DNA from: Anaerolineae bacterium
GTDB lineage: Bacteria > Chloroflexota > Anaerolineae > JACIWR01
NCBI GenBank assembly: GCA_024653325.1
Contig: JANLFX010000006.1
Coordinates: 2,803 to 66,802, forward strand
Length of the DNA stretch: 64,000 nucleotides
Direction: 5' to 3'
A program made the translations under genes and the position numbers. This document shows, one piece after another, positions 51,633 through 60,520 of this stretch (position 1 is its first letter; each line of letters opens with the position of its first letter). The notes below the pieces were generated by a model. It made no database searches, was not told where the DNA came from, and saw only the letters and a list, made by a program, of their open reading frames with translations.

Positions 51633-53291
51633 ATGCCCGAAGAAATAACCGCACTGAAAAAACAGTGGGAAGATACCATCCTGGCCCCAACCATCAGCCG
51701 CTATCCGGAACGGCGGGACAAGTTCGAAACCACTTCCGGTATCCCGATAGAGCGCATCTACACCCCCGATGACATGCCGGTGGATTACATCCGCGACCTG
51801 GGTTTCCCCGGCCAGTACCCTTACACGCGGGGCGTGCAACCCACCATGTACCGGGGTCGGTTGTGGACGATGCGCCAATACGCCGGATATGCCACCGCCG
51901 AGGAGTCCAATCGCCGTTACAAGTACCTGCTGGAGCAGGGGCAAACGGGCCTCAGCGTGGCCTTCGACCTGCCCACGCAGATTGGGTATGATTCGGACCA
52001 TCCACTGGCCGAGGGCGAGGTGGGCAAGGTGGGGGTGGCCATTTCCTCGCTGGAGGACATGGAAGTTCTGTTCGACGGCATCCCCCTGGACAAAGTATCC
52101 ACTTCCATGACCATCAACGCGCCAGCGGCGGTGTTGCTGGCCATGTATATAGCCGTGGCCCGCAAGCAGGGCGTGGCCGTGGAGAAGCTGCGCGGCACGG
52201 TTCAGAACGATATTCTCAAGGAATACGTGGCGCGGGGCACTTACATCTTTCCGCCTCGGCCGTCCATGCGCCTTATCACCGACATTTTTGCTTACTGCAA
52301 AGACAATCTTCCCCATTGGAACACTATCTCCATCAGCGGCTATCACATCCGCGAGGCCGGTTCCACAGCGGTACAGGAGGTGGCTTTCACCCTGGCCAAC
52401 GCCATCGCCTATGTGCAGGCGGCCATTGACGCGGGCCTGGACGTGGATGAGTTTGCGCCACGTCTTTCTTTTTTCTTTAACGCACACAACAACCTGTTCG
52501 AAGAGGTGGCCAAGTTCCGCGCCGCGCGCCGATTGTGGGCGCGGATCATGAAAGAGCGCTTCAAGGCCAGGGACCCTCGTTCGCTGATGTTGCGCTTCCA
52601 CACCCAAACGGCGGGCTGTACCCTCACCGCTCAACAACCCGACAACAATGTGGTGCGGGTCACCTTGCAGGCCCTGGCGGCGGTGCTGGGCGGCACTCAG
52701 TCGCTGCACACCAACTCCCGCGACGAGGCCCTGTCCCTGCCTACCGAGGCCTCGGTACAGATTGCCCTGCGCACCCAGCAGATCATCGCTCACGAGTCCA
52801 GCGTGGCTGATACGGTGGACCCCCTGGCTGGCAGCTACTTTGTCGAGCGGCTGACCAACGAGATAGAAGAGCGGGCGGTTGATTACATCCGCCGCATTGA
52901 CGACATGGGCGGGGTCTTGGCAGCCATCGAGCGTGGATTCATCCAGCAGGAAATTCAGAATAGCGCCTACGCCTATCAGCGGGCGGTGGAGCGGGGTCAG
53001 CAGATTGTGGTGGGGGTCAACGAATTCGTGGTGGACGAGGAGACGCCGCTGCATCGCCTGAAGGTGGATCCCGCCGTGGGCCAGCGGCAGATCGAGCGGC
53101 TGCGTGCTCTGAAAGCACGGCGCGACAATGCGCGAGTGGCGTCCTTGCTGGATCGGTTGGAAGAAGCGGCCCTGGGTACGGACAACTTAATGCCCATCAT
53201 TCTGGAGTGCGTGGAGGCCTACTGCACTCTGGGCGAGATATGCGATGTGTTACGTGGCGTATTTGGAGAGTATCACGCTCCTGCGATCTGA
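51633..53291 (+). CDS. acyl-CoA mutase large (substrate-binding TIM barrel) subunit, methylmalonyl-CoA mutase-type signature
   Basis: [62 protein letters not shown] and [20 protein letters not shown] (Arg at the position of MutB Arg207). Confidence 0.9.
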   Translation: MPEEITALKKQWEDTILAPTISRYPERRDKFETTSGIPIERIYTPDDMPVDYIRDLGFPGQYPYTRGVQPTMYRGRLWTMRQYAGYATAEESNRRYKYLLEQGQTGLSVAFDLPTQIGYDSDHPLAEGEVGKVGVAISSLEDMEVLFDGIPLDKVSTSMTINAPAAVLLAMYIAVARKQGVAVEKLRGTVQNDILKEYVARGTYIFPPRPSMRLITDIFAYCKDNLPHWNTISISGYHIREAGSTAVQEVAFTLANAIAYVQAAIDAGLDVDEFAPRLSFFFNAHNNLFEEVAKFRAARRLWARIMKERFKARDPRSLMLRFHTQTAGCTLTAQQPDNNVVRVTLQALAAVLGGTQSLHTNSRDEALSLPTEASVQIALRTQQIIAHESSVADTVDPLAGSYFVERLTNEIEERAVDYIRRIDDMGGVLAAIERGFIQQEIQNSAYAYQRAVERGQQIVVGVNEFVVDEETPLHRLKVDPAVGQRQIERLRALKARRDNARVASLLDRLEEAALGTDNLMPIILECVEAYCTLGEICDVLRGVFGEYHAPAI

Positions 53292-53514
53292 CTGGTTGGC
53301 AGTTGGTCGGGGTGGGGAATAATCGAGTAGGTCGGGTTGGGATGGTTCGTTCTCTGGAGGAAATAGGTTTACACTTTTGAGGCCCAGAGAAATTCTCAAG
53401 AGCTACGCCCTGTGCCCAGATCCAGCGGGCAAATCAGCCCGCCGGGGCGACCGCAAGGGGGCGTCCCTACCACATTATTTAATTTATGCGTTTCTCGGCT
53501 CGGGTGACTTCTTT

Positions 53515-53590
53515 GTCAACGAATATCCAACGAATAAACGAATAGACTGCGGCGATGGTTATTCGTTTATTCGTTCCGCCATTCGTTGAC
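53515..53590. repeat. long hairpin of cgaataaac quasi-repeats upstream of the epimerase gene
   Basis: gtcaacgaatatccaacgaataaacgaata (53515-53544) faces tattcgtttattcgttccgccattcgttgac (53560-53590). Matched blocks of 16 and 10 bp. Confidence 0.7.
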
Positions 53591-53697
53591 AGTATGCTGC
53601 CTGATTAAAGTGTCAACCGATTTTGAACCATCCCGTCGGGGTTTGTTACCCGATGAGAAACTGGGCTTGTGAGAGCAATGACCAATGAGGAGGAGAT

Positions 53698-54093
53698 ATG
53701 ATCAAAAAAGTAGACCACATCGGCGTCGCGGTGCGTGACATTGAGGAGGCACGTCGGCCCTACGAGGCCTTGGGCCTGAAAGTCACCCATGTGAAAGAGG
53801 TGGAAGAACAACAAGTGAGGGTCGCGTTCCTGCCCGTGGGCGATACCGAGGTCGAGCTGGTCCAGCCGACGACCGCCGATAGCGGCGTGGCGCGCTTCCT
53901 GGAGAAGCGGGGTGAGGGCGTACATCATCTCTGCTTCGAAGTGGAGGACATTGAAGCTGCGTTGGCCGAACTGCAGGCTCAGGGGATGCGGTTAATTGAC
54001 CAGGAGCCGCGTCAGGGGGCCTTTGGCCGGGTGGCGTTCCTGCACCCTAAGTCTACCCACGGTGTGCTCATCGAGTTGGTGGAGAAGTCGTAG
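53698..54093 (+). CDS. mce: methylmalonyl-CoA epimerase (VOC family)
   Basis: GAGGAGGAG RBS. MIKKVDHIGVAVRDIEEA...VELVQP...GEGVHHLCFEV...HGVLIELVE. Confidence 0.9.
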   Translation: MIKKVDHIGVAVRDIEEARRPYEALGLKVTHVKEVEEQQVRVAFLPVGDTEVELVQPTTADSGVARFLEKRGEGVHHLCFEVEDIEAALAELQAQGMRLIDQEPRQGAFGRVAFLHPKSTHGVLIELVEKS

Positions 54094-54152
54094 CTTAAGC
54101 CAGTGATCGCAGTTGGGTCATTCACGATTTACACAAGGGGTGTGGAAAGATT

Positions 54153-54506
54153 CTATAACAGCCCTTCTTTACTCAGAATATCCTGAACTTCAGCAAGAAA
54201 CTCGTCGAGAGTGACCGCTTTGGACCCTTCAGGGCCAAAGTCATGGTTATCAGAATGGTCATATGGGTGGCGATGCCACATCCCACCCTCACAATCGCGT
54301 CCATACAGCCGGCTGCGATTGAGTATAAGGGCATAACTCAATAGTCCCTTGAGAGTGTTGGCATAGACTTGAACGAAACAATCTGAGGCTATGTGTAGCC
54401 GCAATTTGATGGTGTTGGTTGTTTTGTCAACCGTGGTAATGGCTTTGATGAAAGAAAATTTCTGAACAGTGTGATAGGCCTGGCGCTCAAATTCGTCAAC
54501 CGTCAT
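54153..54506 (-). CDS. small protein resembling DUF6516/TumE-type toxin-antitoxin components
   Basis: ...LYGRDCEGGMWHRHPYDHSDNHDFGPEGSKAVTLDEFLAEVQDIL. From memory, this matches the G.DN..G..HRH...F....L..F...V pattern of that family. Overlaps the upstream gene by 11 nt. Confidence 0.65.
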   Translation of the reverse strand: MTVDEFERQAYHTVQKFSFIKAITTVDKTTNTIKLRLHIASDCFVQVYANTLKGLLSYALILNRSRLYGRDCEGGMWHRHPYDHSDNHDFGPEGSKAVTLDEFLAEVQDILSKEGLL

Positions 54507-54813
54507 ACTTGCCCCTCAGTTGCGCCAGTTCTTGCCGTAGCATCTTAATGCCATCTACAGCCTGGTCCCAGTCTTGGTGATCACTTTCTACCTCAAAGGA
54601 GTAGTTTTGTTTTTCGACCACTCTGCGTTGCTCAAACTCTTCGAGGGTCATTCCATACTTCCGCTGGAATTGGCGATCTATCCATTCATAGCGGGCCAGT
54701 CGCCGCCGAATCTCGTTTTCCAGAACGCGCGTCAACTTATCGTCCAGGCTGGTACCTGCTTCCAGGCGGTCAATGATACGTGCGATGTTTTCAGAAACTG
54801 CTACTGAGTCCAT
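54496..54813 (-). CDS. small helical partner protein of the cassette (hypothetical)
   Basis: AAGGAG lies 8 nt before ATG 54813. 105 aa, charged and helical (RVLENEIRRRLARYEWIDRQFQRKYGMTLEEFEQ). Confidence 0.6.
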   Translation of the reverse strand: MDSVAVSENIARIIDRLEAGTSLDDKLTRVLENEIRRRLARYEWIDRQFQRKYGMTLEEFEQRRVVEKQNYSFEVESDHQDWDQAVDGIKMLRQELAQLRGKYDG

Positions 54814-54917
54814 ACCAGTTTCTCCTTGCTCTTCAATAATTGCATCTCTCTTACCGGTGTGAAGTCAACAATAATATAGCGTACAAACAGGCTTTTGTCA
54901 ATTCTCTGGAGGCGCAC

Positions 54918-56597
54918 ATGTTTGACCGAAACAGGCTTGAGGACCTGAGAGATCGAAAGGATAAGTGGACCAAAACCACGCTACAGAAAACGCTAGACGC
55001 TCACCCGGAACGGCGGGAGACCTTCGTCACCACATCCAGCGTGCCCGTCGAGCGGCTGTACACTCCCCTCGACATCGAAGACATGGACTACGAACGGGAC
55101 CTGGGCTTCCCCGGCGAATATCCCTTCACACGGGGAGTGCATCCCACCATGTACCGCGGGCGCTTGTGGACGATGCGCATGTTCGCCGGGTTCGGCACCG
55201 CCGAGGAGACGAATGCGCGCTACAAGTATCTGCTGGAGCATGGGGAGACCGGCCTCTCCGTCGCTTTTGATATGCCCACGCTGATGGGTTACGACACCGA
55301 TGACCCCATGGCCGCTGGCGAGTTCGGCAAGTGCGGAGTGGCGATCAGTTCCCTGGCCGACATGGAGATTCTGTTCGACGGCCTGCCGGTGGACAAGATC
55401 ACGACCTCCATGACTATCAACTCCCCGGCCGCGGTCATCTGGGCCATGTACATCGTCGCCGCCGAGAAGCGGGGTATCCCCATGGAAGTGCTGGGCGGCA
55501 CTATCCAGAACGACATCCTCAAAGAATACCTCGCCCAGAAAGAGTACATCTTCCCGCCGGAACCGTCCATGCGCCTGGTGGTGGATACCTTCGAGTTCGG
55601 GGCCAAGCATTTGCCCAAATGGAACACCATCAGCATCTCCGGTTACCACATCCGCGAGGCGGGAGCCACGGCAGTGCAGGAGTTGGCCTTTACCCTGGCC
55701 GACGGGATGGAATACGTGCGCTGGGGCATTGCGCGCGGATTGGATGTGGATACCTTTGCGCCTCGCCTGTCCTTTTTCTTCAACTCTCACAACGACTTCT
55801 TCGAGGAAATCGCCAAATTCCGTGCCGCGCGACGCATCTGGGCCCGCGAGATGCGCGAAACCTTTGGGGCCGAGAATCCGCGCTCGTGGTGGATGCGTTT
55901 CCACACTCAGACGGCCGGCTGTTCTCTGACCGCGCAGCAACCGGAGAACAACATCGTGCGCACGGCGATTCAGGCCCTGGCGGCGGTGTTGGGCGGCACG
56001 CAATCCCTGCACACCAATTCCATGGACGAAGCTCTGGCCCTGCCCAGTGAGAAAGCGGTGACCATCGCCCTGCGTACCCAGCAAATCATCGCTCACGAGA
56101 GCGGCGTGACCAACACCGTGGACCCCCTGGCCGGGAGCTATTTCGTCGAGGCGTTGACCAATCGCATGGAAGCCGCGGTGTACGAATACTTCCGGCGCAT
56201 TGAGGCTTTGGGTGGGGTGATACCGGCTATCGAGAAGGGATTCTTCCAGCGGGAGCTGGCCGAAAGCGCCTATCGCTATCAGCGGGAGATTGATCGCCAC
56301 GAACGGGTCATCGTCGGGGTTAATGACTATGTGATGGATGAGCCGCTGACCATCCCCCTGCTGCAGATGGACCCCGCGGGCGAGCGGCGACAGATCGCCC
56401 GCCTGCAGCGAGTGCGAGCCGAACGCGACAACCAGGCCGTCACTGAACGGCTGGCTGCTTTGGAAAAAGCGGCCCGTGGCACGGAGAATCTGATGCCTTT
56501 CATCCTGGAGGCTGTCCGCGCCTATGCCACCCTGGGGGAGATCATGGGCGTCTTCCGCAAGGTCTTCGGCGAATACCGCGAGCCGGTGATCGTGTAG
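54918..56597 (+). CDS. acyl-CoA mutase large subunit, second paralog with Gln at the carboxylate-binding position
   Basis: GGAGG lies 5 nt before ATG 54918. [53 protein letters not shown] and [20 protein letters not shown]. Confidence 0.9.
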   Translation: MFDRNRLEDLRDRKDKWTKTTLQKTLDAHPERRETFVTTSSVPVERLYTPLDIEDMDYERDLGFPGEYPFTRGVHPTMYRGRLWTMRMFAGFGTAEETNARYKYLLEHGETGLSVAFDMPTLMGYDTDDPMAAGEFGKCGVAISSLADMEILFDGLPVDKITTSMTINSPAAVIWAMYIVAAEKRGIPMEVLGGTIQNDILKEYLAQKEYIFPPEPSMRLVVDTFEFGAKHLPKWNTISISGYHIREAGATAVQELAFTLADGMEYVRWGIARGLDVDTFAPRLSFFFNSHNDFFEEIAKFRAARRIWAREMRETFGAENPRSWWMRFHTQTAGCSLTAQQPENNIVRTAIQALAAVLGGTQSLHTNSMDEALALPSEKAVTIALRTQQIIAHESGVTNTVDPLAGSYFVEALTNRMEAAVYEYFRRIEALGGVIPAIEKGFFQRELAESAYRYQREIDRHERVIVGVNDYVMDEPLTIPLLQMDPAGERRQIARLQRVRAERDNQAVTERLAALEKAARGTENLMPFILEAVRAYATLGEIMGVFRKVFGEYREPVIV

Positions 56598-56599
56598 GG

Positions 56600-56628
56600 T
56601 TGACAATACAATCATACAGTTGTATAAT
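56600..56628 (+). promoter_or_regulatory. perfect-consensus promoter TTGACA - 17 nt - TATAAT of the vapBC cassette
   Basis: TTGACA 56600-56605, 17-nt spacer, TATAAT 56623-56628. The spacer holds the inverted repeat ATACAA...TTGTAT, a plausible autoregulation operator. It starts 3 nt after the mutase stop. Confidence 0.65.
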
Positions 56629-56673
56629 CGTGGCTCTGGGTAGGATGGTTCATTTTCCAGGAGGTGGAAGCCG

Positions 56674-57000
56674 ATGAGCGATAATCCGATCGAATACGTG
56701 ACCACCAACATCCGTTTGCCCAAGGCCATGCACAGAGAGCTAAAGCGACGGGCCCTCGAAAAAAATACCAGCGTATCGGCCCTTATTCGGGAGAGCGTGA
56801 CGACTTACCTGGTGCGGGAGGGAGCCGTGCAGCGGGCAGATGAGACTCTGCCGAGCTCTGATCCCATTTTTCAACTGGGAACGCTGGCGACGGAGTCGGA
56901 CATCGTGGGCTCGGAAGTTGGCGACGGTTCGGTGCAGCACGACTACTACGTCTACCAACGGGAGCACGAGCGTTGGCATGCCGAGGATAACGCCCAGTGA
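56674..57000 (+). CDS. vapB: ribbon-helix-helix (CopG/VapB-type) antitoxin
   Basis: GGAGGTGG RBS. TTNIRLPKAMHRELKRRALEKNTSVSALIRESV is an RHH motif. Confidence 0.8.
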   Translation: MSDNPIEYVTTNIRLPKAMHRELKRRALEKNTSVSALIRESVTTYLVREGAVQRADETLPSSDPIFQLGTLATESDIVGSEVGDGSVQHDYYVYQREHERWHAEDNAQ

Positions 57001-57437
57001 GTAACTTGCGAGAGATTTTCGTTGATACCAGCGCTTTCATCGCTTTGATTGACTCCCGTGATGCCTATCATCAGCGCGCGGTTGCCATGGAGCAGAAGCT
57101 CGCTACAAAAGGCGCTCACCTGGTCACCACCAATTTTGTGTTGGACGAGACTTATACGGGGTTGCTGGGCAGGGTGCGTCACAATGTTATTGTGCAGTTT
57201 GGACAGGCAGTGCGGCGTAGCCAGCGAATCACTGTGATCGGGGTCAATCAGGCGATTGAGGATGCGGCCTGGGACATCTTCGTCCGCTACGAGGACAAGG
57301 GTTTCAGCTATACCGACTGTACAAGTTTCGCGGTGATGCAACAGTTGGGACTGGACACGGTGTTCGCCTTTGACCGACATTTCGAGCAATTTGGCTTCAC
57401 CTGTATCCCTGCTGTCAATGACGATTTAGGAGGATAG
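56997..57437 (+). CDS. vapC: PIN-domain toxin
   Basis: GTGA overlap with vap[14 protein letters not shown]...TNFVLDETY...[11 protein letters not shown]...FAFDRHF carries the acidic PIN residues. Confidence 0.85.
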   Translation: MSNLREIFVDTSAFIALIDSRDAYHQRAVAMEQKLATKGAHLVTTNFVLDETYTGLLGRVRHNVIVQFGQAVRRSQRITVIGVNQAIEDAAWDIFVRYEDKGFSYTDCTSFAVMQQLGLDTVFAFDRHFEQFGFTCIPAVNDDLGG

Positions 57438-57444
57438 TTCACCG

Positions 57445-57846
57445 ATGACGGAACAGAAAATCCGTGTGTTGGTTGCCAAGCCCGGTCTGGATGGGCACGA
57501 CCGGGGAGCCAAAGTCGTCGCCCGTGCTCTGCGCGATGCGGGCATGGAAGTGATTTACACCGGGCTGCGTCAGACACCGGAGATGATTGTCGAGGCGGCC
57601 ATTCAGGAGGACGTGGACGTGGTGGGCCTCAGTATCCTCTCCGGGGCGCACATGACCCTCGTCCCGCGCGTGGTCAACCTCTTGCGCGACAACGGCATGG
57701 ATGAGGTGTTGGTCGTGGTCGGCGGCATCATTCCCGACGAGGACGTGCCCAAACTGCAAGAGCTGGGGGTGCGCGGCATCTTTGGCCCGGGAACGTCCAC
57801 TCAAGACATCGTAGAATTCATTCGAAAGGAGATGGGGGCCAGGTAG
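57445..57846 (+). CDS. acyl-CoA mutase B12-binding small subunit
   Basis: [24 protein letters not shown] (DxHxxG cobalamin motif), SILSGAH, GGIIP. Starts 7 nt after the vapC stop. Confidence 0.9.
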   Translation: MTEQKIRVLVAKPGLDGHDRGAKVVARALRDAGMEVIYTGLRQTPEMIVEAAIQEDVDVVGLSILSGAHMTLVPRVVNLLRDNGMDEVLVVVGGIIPDEDVPKLQELGVRGIFGPGTSTQDIVEFIRKEMGAR

Positions 57847-57915
57847 GGTTGCCAACCTTCCAACTTCCAATTTCCAACCCTTCCAACCCTACCAGCCTTC
57901 CAGTTTTGACCCATT

Positions 57916-58911
57916 ATGAACCTGATCCAAGACACCCTCAAGGGCAACCGCCGGGCCATTGCACGTTTGATCTCGCACATCGAAGATGAGGTACCGGGGG
58001 CGCGAGAGGCTTTAGCGGCGTTGTATCCCCACACGGGACGGGCGTACCTCGTCGGTGTGACCGGCGCACCGGGCACGGGCAAGAGCACGCTGGTCAACGA
58101 GCTGGCCAAGGCCTACCGCCGCTGGAACTCGCCGCGCACGGTGGGAGTCATTGCCGTGGACCCCACCAGCCCCTTCTCCGGCGGGGCGATTCTGGGCGAC
58201 CGCATCCGCATGCGCGATCTGGCCGGCGATGCGGGCATTTTCGTGCGCAGTATGGCCACGCGGGGCAGTTTGGGCGGGCTGGCGCGGGCCACCGCCGACG
58301 CGATTAAAGTGTTGGATGCCGCGGGTTACGAGATGATTTTCGTCGAGACGGTGGGGGCGGGCCAGGCCGAGGTGGACATCGCCAAAACTGCTTACACTAC
58401 CATCGTCGTCGAAGCGCCGGGCCTGGGCGACGAGATTCAAGCCCTCAAAGCGGGCATCATGGAGATCGCCGACATCTTCGCCGTCAATAAAGCCGACCGC
58501 GAGGGCGCGGACCACACCGTCACCGCTATCCAGATGATGCTCGACCTGAACCATGCTTCCCACGTCGGAGGGCAGGCCCTTCGACGTGGCTCAGGGCAAG
58601 CCCTTCGGCATGGCTCAGGACAGGTGTGGCGACCGCCGGTGTGCAAGACCATTGCTGTGCGCGGGGAGGGCGTGCCCGATCTGGTGCAGGCTATTGAGGC
58701 GCATGCCGCTTTCCTGCGCGAGAGCGGATTGCTCGGTCAGCGGGAGCGGGAGCGTGTGGCGACGGAGTTTGAACACCTCTTGCGCGAGCAGTTGATGCGC
58801 CAATTCGTGAGCAGGATAGCGCCGGAGCAGTGGGATGAATTGATCGAGCGCATGGTACGCCGGGAGGTAGACCCCTACACGGCAGCGGAGATGCTCCTGC
58901 GGGGCCAGTAG
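57916..58911 (+). CDS. meaB: methylmalonyl-CoA mutase-associated G-protein chaperone (MeaB/ArgK)
   Basis: GVTGAPGTGKST, VETVGAGQ, AVNKADR. Confidence 0.9.
   Translation: MNLIQDTLKGNRRAIARLISHIEDEVPGAREALAALYPHTGRAYLVGVTGAPGTGKSTLVNELAKAYRRWNSPRTVGVIAVDPTSPFSGGAILGDRIRMRDLAGDAGIFVRSMATRGSLGGLARATADAIKVLDAAGYEMIFVETVGAGQAEVDIAKTAYTTIVVEAPGLGDEIQALKAGIMEIADIFAVNKADREGADHTVTAIQMMLDLNHASHVGGQALRRGSGQALRHGSGQVWRPPVCKTIAVRGEGVPDLVQAIEAHAAFLRESGLLGQRERERVATEFEHLLREQLMRQFVSRIAPEQWDELIERMVRREVDPYTAAEMLLRGQ
58571..58618 (+). repeat. in-frame 24-bp tandem duplication inside meaB
   Basis: ggcaggcccttcgacgtggctcag / ggcaagcccttcggcatggctcag encode GQALRRGS GQALRHGS. Confidence 0.9.
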
Positions 58912-58971
58912 GGGGCAGACAAGTGTCCCTGTCCGCCCAAGGAAGCGGCCACAGTAGGGCGGACTGAGAAC

Positions 58972-59000
58972 GCACCGCCGTGAACAGGCGGTGCTGGTTT
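58972..59000 (+). terminator. possible terminator hairpin after meaB (weak T tract)
   Basis: GCACCGCC gtgaaca GGCGGTGC followed by tggtttgcg. Confidence 0.4.
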
Positions 59001-59039
59001 GCGGGAGGAAGAGAGCCCTGCCCGCTATCTCGGAGTGTA

Positions 59040-59338
59040 GCTATTGTGGCGGCTATGGAAAGCCGCCCTACTGCGTGAGGGGCCTGTGAGAAGCCCCCGC
59101 CAACGGCGGGGGAGCCGTCACCGCTGGGCTGGCAGGCAAGCTATTGTGGCGGCTATGGAAAGCCGCCCTACTGCGCGAGAGGCTTATGGAAGCCCCCCGC
59201 CAACGGCGGGGGAGCCGTCACCGCTGGGCTGGGGCGCAAGCTATTGTGGCGGCTATGGAAAGCCGCCCTACTGCGCGAGAGGCTTGTGGAAGTCCCCGCC
59301 AACGGCGGGGGAGCCGTCACCGCTGGGCTGGCAGGGAG
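59040..59338. repeat. 3 x 100 bp tandem array of composite hairpin units (BIME-like)
   Basis: Units start at 59040, 59140 and 59240. Each contains GGCGGCTatggaaAGCCGCC-CTAC, a variable second hairpin and CCCCGCCaacGGCGGGG. Lies between the convergent meaB and Fe-S genes. Confidence 0.95.
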
Positions 59339-59414
59339 CTGTCACTGACCCCTCACTGCGTGAGGGGCTTGTGGGCGGCCTTCCTACCCCGAAAGCGGCC
59401 GCAGCGGGTCGCCG

Positions 59415-60497
59415 CTACAGCACATCGGATAGGGACAGGCCGCGTGCCTTAGCCCGCTGGCTTGTCCACTCTTTGATATCCGCCGGTAGCGGTGGGGCCT
59501 CGCCCTCGGGGCGGCGCTCCAGGTGCAGTGCGCCGGTGGGACATACCGTGGCGCACAGTCCGCAACCCACGCAGCGCGCGTAGTCCACCACGCAAACGTC
59601 CTCCGGCACGGAGAGCGCCCCGAACTGACAGCGCTCGAGGCAATCGCCACAGCCGGCGCATACCTCCGTCTCCACCACGGCATGGAAATCGGAGCTGGCG
59701 ATGGCGGTGGGGATGCCGAACTCGGCCACGCCGCGCAATATCCCGCAGGAACAGGTGCAGCAATTGCAGATGTAGAAATGCGGGCCGCGGTGATTGGCCG
59801 TGGAGTGCACCAGCCCCGCTTCCTCAGCCTCGTGCAGGATGCGCAATGCTTCCTCTTTGGTGATGGCGCGAGTCACCTCGCTGTGGTCGAAAGCGCCCTC
59901 CACCGGGGCGAACACCAGGCAGTTCTCGATTGGGTGATCACAGCCTTTGCCCACCAGTCGTTGCTGGACGCGGCAGATGCAGTCGCGCACACCCCACGAC
60001 TTGGCTCCTTCCAGCAACTCGGAGGCCCGCTCGTAAGGGAAAATCTCCAGGTCGAAGGGGATGGCTTCTTCAACGGGGATGACGCGGTGAACGGGGGGCG
60101 CATCGCGAATGATAGCCCCGCCCTGGGTCTCCTGGTAGTACTGCTCGAAGAGCGCCGCCAGTTCCTCGTCCATGCGCGGCAACTGCTCCTCATAGAAGCC
60201 AACGACGAAAGGCATCAGGCCGAAAATCAGTTGTCCTTCTCCTTTTTGGGCGCGGATCAGCCCTTTGCGTGCCATCCTTTTGAGCGTACGGTAAGCTATG
60301 TTGGGGTCTACACCGGCGCGGGCGGCGATGTCGGCTGCCGGTTCGTGGCTCAGGCGCATTACGGCGGCTAAGGTTGCCTCCTCTGGGGTGAAGATTTTGG
60401 CCAGCAGCCGCAGTTCCACCCCGCTCTCTGTGGTCGGGAAGCCATTGGGAATGGCATCCAGACGTTGAGCCAGTTTGCGGTACACGTCCTCAGACAT
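59415..60497 (-). CDS. Cys-rich 4Fe-4S dicluster domain protein with an N-terminal winged-helix-like region
   Basis: GGAGGAGG RBS. CNCCTCSC cluster, then CAGCGDCLERC and CVGCGLCATVCP ferredoxin motifs. Confidence 0.8.
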   Translation of the reverse strand: MSEDVYRKLAQRLDAIPNGFPTTESGVELRLLAKIFTPEEATLAAVMRLSHEPAADIAARAGVDPNIAYRTLKRMARKGLIRAQKGEGQLIFGLMPFVVGFYEEQLPRMDEELAALFEQYYQETQGGAIIRDAPPVHRVIPVEEAIPFDLEIFPYERASELLEGAKSWGVRDCICRVQQRLVGKGCDHPIENCLVFAPVEGAFDHSEVTRAITKEEALRILHEAEEAGLVHSTANHRGPHFYICNCCTCSCGILRGVAEFGIPTAIASSDFHAVVETEVCAGCGDCLERCQFGALSVPEDVCVVDYARCVGCGLCATVCPTGALHLERRPEGEAPPLPADIKEWTSQRAKARGLSLSDVL

Positions 60498-60520
60498 TGT
60501 GGCCTCCTCCTTTTGGGGAA

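Noticed and set aside
51591-56729. Long antisense ORFs 51591..53054 (487 aa) and 54993..56729 (578 aa) opposite the two mutase genes
   Set aside because: Same mirror-frame artefact. The sense-strand proteins carry unmistakable mutase motifs.
59040-59338. Possible CRISPR array (also considered for 21406-21549)
   Set aside because: The whole 100-bp (or 72-bp) unit repeats head to tail. There are no unique spacers between short repeats, and no cas genes in the window.
59044-59583. ORFs 59044..59583 and 59144..59452 (MWRLWKAALLRE...) running through the 100-bp tandem array
   Set aside because: They are generated by the repeat itself; the same peptide restarts in every unit. They have TTG starts without an RBS. 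The region sits between convergent genes.
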